Assembly (NCBI GenBank): GCA_963707025.1
Contig: CAVPOM010000015.1
Location: 32,001-96,000, forward strand
Direction of reading: 5' to 3'
Origin: an uncultured Verrucomicrobiae bacterium
Lineage (GTDB): Bacteria; Verrucomicrobiota; Verrucomicrobiia; Limisphaerales; Palsa-1400
DNA: 64,000 nucleotides
In this document: positions 58,449-64,000 of the stretch, piece by piece
Numbering within the stretch: the first letter of the stretch is position 1
Layout of the letters: the number at the start of each line of letters is the position of its first letter
The notes under the pieces: model-generated
Seen by the model: the letters and a program-made list of their open reading frames with translations, nothing else
What the model was told of the DNA's origin: nothing
Databases searched by the model: none
Translations under genes and position numbers: made by a program

Positions 58449-59680
58449 AAAAGGGTCCATCAGGGACTTACATCGGGAGAGGCCGGGACAAATATCAGAT
58501 CGGCTTCGAATTTGATACCAAGGTGCCCATCGAACCCGAAAACGCAGACCCGCAGGATCTCCCGGCGGCGCGAAAGGAGAACCACGAACGAGCCCAGGAA
58601 TCCGCAACGATCATGGAACGCTGGGTTCGAGGGAAAATCCCCAAAGAGGAGTTCCTGGCTAAGATGGGCTACGTCGCCGACCGGGTCACAGGTCAGGCCA
58701 CCAAAACAGCCATATCGCTGTACCTGGTCCGCTGGCTTTGGGAGTGGTGCGTCAGGAATCGGCTGCATCACAGCAAAGTCCTGAAGCTCTGCCGCCTCTT
58801 CAACAGCCTGCTTGATAACCTGGGCGGCCTCGCTCACAAAGACGCGAAGACTCTCAACGCCAAACACCTGGGTAATTTCATCTTCACCCGCCGGGCCGAG
58901 GGTTATTCCCCTGCGGTCATCAATGACGACATCAATTATCTGAAGACCATGGCTCGAGACCTCGAACGCCTTACCGGCATCAATGTGGCCGAGTTGTTGG
59001 AAGTAGAAGCCCAAGAGACGCAAGAAAGGCTTCCCTACAAGTGGTCTGAGATTTTGAGGATATTTGAAGCGCTTGATTCTCTTGGACAACTTGGCCGTGA
59101 ATGGAAGACCCTGCTCATGATCATGTTGTATACGGGTCTTCGCCCCTGCGATGCCGCCTTGGTCACGCGGAAGCAGATTGATATCGAGATGCAGTTGATT
59201 CTGGTTGATCCCAGCAAGGTGCGCCGCTACAAAAATGGCAAGAGTCCTCCCAAACCGCTTCACGATGCACTTTTTGTTTACCTGGACGACCTGCTGAAGA
59301 GATTTCCGCTGGAGCCTGACGAGTTCCTCTGCCTCAATTGTGCAAACCGCAGCACAAAGTCGATCACCTACTCCTTCAATCAAATTCTCAAAGCTGCCGG
59401 CGTGTCCCAGTCCGTAATCAAAACGGATTATCTTCAAGGAAAGTTCAGCCAAAAAACACTCTACTCATTTCGTCATACTTTCAACCTCTTAATGACCGCC
59501 GTCGGCGCGGACAGAAAGGAACGCAAGACAGAAATGGGTCAGAAAACGGATGAAGCACAGGGTTACTATGAGCATGACCAGGAACCCGAAGTCATTGCGA
59601 CGCGCCGCAAATTGCTCAACCTGTTGCCGCGCGTGCCCATATCCGTTGGGGACGATACTCGGATTTCCGAAAAAACATGA
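58436..59680 (+). CDS. Tyrosine recombinase/integrase
   Basis: AGGAGG RBS; EWKTL....YTGLRPCD, K, YSFRHTF, MGQ....YY. Confidence 0.85.
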   Translation: MAWVEKGPSGTYIGRGRDKYQIGFEFDTKVPIEPENADPQDLPAARKENHERAQESATIMERWVRGKIPKEEFLAKMGYVADRVTGQATKTAISLYLVRWLWEWCVRNRLHHSKVLKLCRLFNSLLDNLGGLAHKDAKTLNAKHLGNFIFTRRAEGYSPAVINDDINYLKTMARDLERLTGINVAELLEVEAQETQERLPYKWSEILRIFEALDSLGQLGREWKTLLMIMLYTGLRPCDAALVTRKQIDIEMQLILVDPSKVRRYKNGKSPPKPLHDALFVYLDDLLKRFPLEPDEFLCLNCANRSTKSITYSFNQILKAAGVSQSVIKTDYLQGKFSQKTLYSFRHTFNLLMTAVGADRKERKTEMGQKTDEAQGYYEHDQEPEVIATRRKLLNLLPRVPISVGDDTRISEKT

Positions 59681-60259
59681 AATACTTCGTTGAAAAAATG
59701 CCCGATGATGACCTCTATAAGGCGCTGCTAACTGGGGCACCCGAGGTGGATTCCGAGTGGGCGACAGTAGTGCGCCTGGCTTACAGAGCCGGGGTCAAAG
59801 CGGGCACAACTCGTCATCTGCAACGTCCTGATTTTGAGGAGGGTTATGTGAATCTGGGTCACCGCCTCAGCAAAGCAGTCGTGAGGAGAAGGCTCCCTGC
59901 GGAACGTCCTCGAGAGTATTCAATCGTTGCCCGAAGATCAGTTGTATATCTGTCCGCGCCTCCATGAGATGACGACCCTGCAGTTTGGAACTAAATGGCG
60001 GGATGTATGCCAGGCCGCCGGCGTGAAGGTGCCGATGATTGCGCTGACTTGGCGTTATCGCATCGAAAACAGGGATTCTCTCAAGCTGGAGAGGGCCATG
60101 TCCTATCTTGAAAAACTGGCCAAAGACTGGCTCGAGGAAGATCAGGTCAAGCAGCTATGGCTAGATGCAAAAGACTGGATATTGCTCCCTCCGAAACGGG
60201 ACACCCGGGGTCAACGGCGTACCAGGAAAGAATTGCTGGCCAGATCGGGTGGTCTTTAA
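59677..60259 (+). CDS. Degenerate tyrosine-recombinase-like catalytic-domain protein, frameshift near 59905
   Basis: EWATVVRLAYRAGVKAG..L...D, ICPRL, F...W..VCQAAGV parallel the upstream integrase; ATGA overlap. Confidence 0.55.
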
Positions 60260-60404
60260 GAGAGCCATTATACATATGACTGAAGATTCAAAAACAAGAT
60301 TGACCACATGTTCAAACCTGCCCCATAATCTGGCACTCCGCGGTCAGTCTAATGCTGTGCTGGCACCTCGGAAATGTGGGGTCTCGATTCTCGTCGCCAA
60401 TAAA

Positions 60405-61330
60405 CAATAACAGGCGATGTTCCACTTTGTTCCATTTGCTGGTTCCGGGAGGGAAGTGCCAGACCGCAATCGCCAGACCGGTCTGGTCGGCCAAGCGGTG
60501 CAACTCCCATTTCCACAAGCGCAAGCGATATTCATTGCTGCCGCCTCCGTCAGCCGTGATCAGCAAGCGGGTCGCCGTAGGATACAACTGGCGTCCTTCG
60601 TGGCGCTTCCATCCGCGGATGGAAGCCACCGCAAAGGCGGCGGTGCCGTGATCGGTCCCCACATTGACACAGCCGGTGTTGTGCCCAAATCATAGATGCC
60701 GTAGGGATAGGCGCACGGCAATGATGGCTCTTGGAAATCGTGGCCCTTGACCCGTTCGGCGGCCTTCTTCCTGCGCCCCTGGCGCCCTTCATTCTCGAAG
60801 TTGCCCACCAGTTCCTTTTTCTTGGTGTCCACCGAAATCACCGGCCAACCCTGCCCAAGCGCCCGCCGCACTTCCTTGTTGATGTGCCGGAACTGCGCAT
60901 TCCGGTCAGGATGATCCTACCCCTCTTCGGTCTTGCGGTTGCCCTGCAAACCATGGTCCATGTCCCGAAGCAGTTGCGCTACCTTCTGGTGGCTGATCGG
61001 GTGTTGGTGACCGGTCAGTTCGTAGGCCAGCGCCCGGGTGCTTTTGCACTTCCAGCACAGCGGCGATTCCAGATCGCACGCGTCAGCGGCTCCACCAGAG
61101 ATGCCAGCAGGCTTGGCAGCGCGAGATTCCGCACCGTCAGTCGCCAACGCCCGCCTCCCCAATGACGGGTGCGGTCGTCAGGCAACGGTGGCGCGGCCAG
61201 TTCGTTGATCCCTTTGGTAATCGTGACCCGATACAAGCCGCAGGCACGGCTGATTGCCGCCTTGGCGACTGTCCGAGACTCGAATGTCCACCGGGATCGT
61301 CGCCATCTTTTATCGAGCGCCCGCGGCCAG
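60405..61330 (-). pseudogene. ISAzo13 family transposase, fragmented
   Basis: PVISVDTKKKELVGNF.N.G, LLITADGGGSN, HFPPGTSKWNKVEHRL, ESPL.W..KSTR.LA. Confidence 0.88.
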
Positions 61331-61426
61331 TACGCTGACGGGCGCATTTCTTTTTATCTCGCGCAACTGTTTTGACTGCTGGCGGTCTATTTTCGTTGCC
61401 GAAAGGCAGTCAAACAAAATCTCCTT

Positions 61427-61750
61427 ATGAAGACAAAAACTCTGGAAATTGCGGTCGATGAACCGCAGAACATTGATTATCCGAATTGCTACGCGGCGAT
61501 TCCGCCCAACGGCAAGGTGTGCGGTCACACCGGATTGAGGCACACGCACTTGTACACAATGCTCGCGGTAGGAGGTGCTGCGCGACCTTACGTCCGTGTC
61601 GTGAACCTGCGGGAACCCGGCGCGAGCAAGGGCAAAACTATATTCCATGTCGGCGATTTTTTCCGCTACCTGGATTGGAATGCCCGGCAACAGGGTTCTG
61701 GCGAGCAACGCTCCGTCATCCAGGATCAGGACGTCCCCAAAAGCCCGTAG
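61427..61750 (+). CDS. Excisionase-like small DNA-binding protein
   Basis: C..TGL....LY.ML...VRVVNLREPGASKG..IFH..DF..YL pattern; near an integrase. Confidence 0.6.
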   Translation: MKTKTLEIAVDEPQNIDYPNCYAAIPPNGKVCGHTGLRHTHLYTMLAVGGAARPYVRVVNLREPGASKGKTIFHVGDFFRYLDWNARQQGSGEQRSVIQDQDVPKSP

Positions 61751-61799
61751 ACCGTCCTCGATGACTTTCCAAGTTTCGCCAGCCGGATCCAAGGACGTT

Positions 61800-62040
61800 G
61801 GGGGACGAGACGCCAAGGCGATCCTCATGGCCGCCAAGGGCCTGCGGAAGGACCAGATTGCCGACCGGGTTTCGCTGCCACGACAGATTATCAGCAAGTG
61901 GCGCAAACGCTTCATCGAGGAACGCCTGGACGGTTTGAAAAATCTTCCCCGTCCCGGGCGTCCACCCGTTTTTCCCCCTGAACTGGTCATGCAGGTCAAA
62001 GCCCTGGCGTGCGAGCTGCCCCATCAACACGGCCTGCCTC
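61800..62040 (+). pseudogene. IS630-like transposase N-terminal fragment
   Basis: AILMAA.G....IA......ISKWRKRF.EERLDGL..LPRPGRPP.F. Confidence 0.75.
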
Positions 62041-62412
62041 CGTCCGGCGCCTTCACTCATTACGTGCATCGAGAGAAGGTTTTTCCCGATTCGTCGTTCC
62101 GTTCGGCTTAAGATCGTCTGATCCATGATCACGGTTTGCGGGCCGGTCAAATCGAATATCTGCACCTGCTCAAACTGGCGGCCGAACTGGGCGAGTCGGC
62201 CCTCAGCGCCCTGGTCAGCGAATAGGCTGGGCCGAGCCGATCGGGCCGATGGCGCGCGGCGGATTTGCGGCGTTACTTGAACTTGGACACCGACCCCCGC
62301 TGGGGGGAGATGACGCTGGAGCCGGAACTGAGCGGCTACGACGCGTTGCTGGAAAGGCAGGTGTCCCATGAATAGCGACCCGCTGGCCTTGCTCCTAAAA
62401 TCCTTTCGCCTA
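62041..62412 (+). pseudogene. IS21 family istA C-terminus and istB N-terminus fragment
   Basis: GAFTHYVHRE.VFP..F, EYLHLLKLAAE, PELSGYDALL, then MNSDPLALLLKSFRL; internal stops. Confidence 0.7.
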
Positions 62413-62750
62413 GCTGGCCGTCCGCGTCGAGGTCCCTTGGGGGATGAAGCCGGGAAATGAACGACCCCGTTGCAGCGCACCCTACTGATCAAGTGACGGC
62501 CCTGAGCGAGCAAGCGCCGGGCGAATTTGGCGGCGGCGTAATAGGCGTCGGCCACCACCGTCACCGGCTAGTCCCAGGGCAAGCCCACGAGCAAGGCCGC
62601 CAATTTATCCAGCAAGGTGCGCCGGTCGCGATTGCTCCAGACCACCCCCTTGTGAAGAATGCGGACGGCCATGGGGACGGCCAGATTAACCCCCGCCGCC
62701 TGCGCCAAGTCCGCAACGGCCTGTATGGAATGGCTCATGATAAAGGAAGC
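62413..62750 (-). pseudogene. DDE transposase fragment (IS4/IS701-like)
   Basis: VVADAYYAA..F...L...G.HLISRVR.N.V...P..P.GPRRGRP. Confidence 0.65.
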
Positions 62751-62878
62751 ATTGGCGTTGTTTTTTCTTCGATTGGCGGCTCCTCATCCTCTCGAAAACG
62801 GAGTCAAACACAAATTTCGAAGCCGACTCGAGAAAGGACCGGGCAGTAAAATGAAACAATCAACCAGAAAGAAAAAGC

Positions 62879-62960
62879 ATGTCGAATCCGAACGCCACTG
62901 TGCTGATGGGGCGCCTTGTACGCAACCCCATCATTCGAAACAATGGCTCCAAGATGTCAC
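62879..62960 (+). pseudogene. Single-stranded DNA-binding protein N-terminal remnant
   Basis: MSNPNATVLMGRLVRNP. Confidence 0.5.
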
Positions 62961-63263
62961 AGAACCGCGACCGCAGAATCCGTCGAAGCCCAACGACGGC
63001 GACGAGCACGAACACGCGACGCCTGTTGGCGGCTGGGAAGCCGACGGCAGGCCGCCGTTTTGAACGTCGAACCCGCAGGCGGCACAGCCAACTCGTGTGA
63101 GCCGAACGCGGTTACCTCCACACCTGGAGCGCGAAATCTGACACGCACGGCAGGATCTATGCGCTGACTTGTTTCGCTGGCCAATCTGGCCGGCAGTCCA
63201 AAAACGAGGTTGGGAGAAACCCACCGGCCTTCAACAGTACCTCTCAACCACGATTCCCGAGTT

Positions 63264-63662
63264 ATGCCCCAAAATCGAATCTTCGAGCGCCCGGACTGCC
63301 AGCGGCGTTCTTTATCAGCATCCTTGACAGACGTCACTAAAACCGCCCGGCAGTGGGACGCCGTCTTCGCCATGCGCGTTCATCCGGAACTGCTTGGAAG
63401 ATACACTGCGCCGAATATTGCCGATGATGATGAGGGATATTATCTGGTCGGCGCCTTGGTGCAGGAGATTGATGCTGCCCTCGACGGTCGAAGACCGAGC
63501 CGGCTTGTGAGTTGCGGCAACTTTCTTGCCATTGATTTCACATTCCTGGCGCGACGCCGCCGGACATCAAGTGAGGAAGTTCTGAACCTGCGGGCTGTCC
63601 TTGGCCCTTGCGACGGCAGCCACCCCTTTGTGTGCGTGGTAAGGCAAGCCCCGCCGTTCTGA
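63264..63662 (+). CDS. Hypothetical MGE-associated protein (DUF6573-like)
   Basis: LTDVTKTAR... LRAVLGPCDGSHPFV pattern. Confidence 0.45.
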   Translation: MPQNRIFERPDCQRRSLSASLTDVTKTARQWDAVFAMRVHPELLGRYTAPNIADDDEGYYLVGALVQEIDAALDGRRPSRLVSCGNFLAIDFTFLARRRRTSSEEVLNLRAVLGPCDGSHPFVCVVRQAPPF

Positions 63663-63825
63663 ACGTGCTGGAAGTGCATCGATTACGATCCAAGTTAATT
63701 CCGGACCAGAAACTGGACAATTCAGCCCAACGCGGCGCCGCGCGAAGTGTGTTTTTCCCGGCTGCTTTTGCCTTTTTCCATCTAGCCCTGACCGCTACGG
63801 CGAGTTTGCTGGCAAACCAAAAGGC

Positions 63826-64000
63826 ATGAACAAGCAAACTCGGAAAACAAGACTTCCCGAGGACGGATTTATGACCGCTCCGGGCTATCCGTTTTCGGCC
63901 CGCGACATCTTCGGCGATTTGCGCTCCAGGCTTGCCGCAGAGCACCGGCGCCCGATGAGCTTCGAGCGATTAGCCAAATTGCTCGGCCGGTCCAAGAGCA
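63826..64000 (+). CDS. Putative HTH protein, partial
   Basis: MSFERLAKLLGRSKS at the window edge. Confidence 0.45.
   Translation, partial: MNKQTRKTRLPEDGFMTAPGYPFSARDIFGDLRSRLAAEHRRPMSFERLAKLLGRSKS

Overview
High-GC bacterial DNA, most likely Verrucomicrobiota (inferred from the VPDSG-CTERM protein, GloVer-type repeat protein, ECF-STK pair and repeat families). From 1 to about 31.5 kb the window is core-like: a sigma54-driven flagellar basal-body operon (flgB-flgC-fliE-fliF-fliG), an EmrAB-OMF efflux operon containing a cytidylate-kinase-like gene, an SPFH pair, a LysR/pirin/WrbA/DoxX module, a GH2, rhaB, dapA-dapB-folK, a TMTC-like TPR membrane protein, purM and tyrS. Its intergenic spaces are crowded with REP/REPIN-like palindromes, MITEs, short tandem-repeat hairpins, an IS630 and three toxin-antitoxin modules whose toxins are broken or missing. 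From about 31.5 to 64 kb it is accessory: a CzcCBA/CusCBA-like RND system behind a His/CxxC/RAPP leader ORF, a PL4 lyase, a CE15-like double esterase, a tRNA-fragment att site with an integrase remnant, an ABC-F ATPase, a sigma54/enhancer-driven VPDSG-CTERM gene, a kinase-KOW chimera, an ECF-STK-surface-protein operon, and a decaying integrative element encoding a tyrosine recombinase followed by an apparently inactive paralogue. Several single-base frameshifts in otherwise intact genes suggest sequencing indels. No CRISPR array, rRNA or complete tRNA was seen. All product calls come from motif recognition by eye, not database searches.
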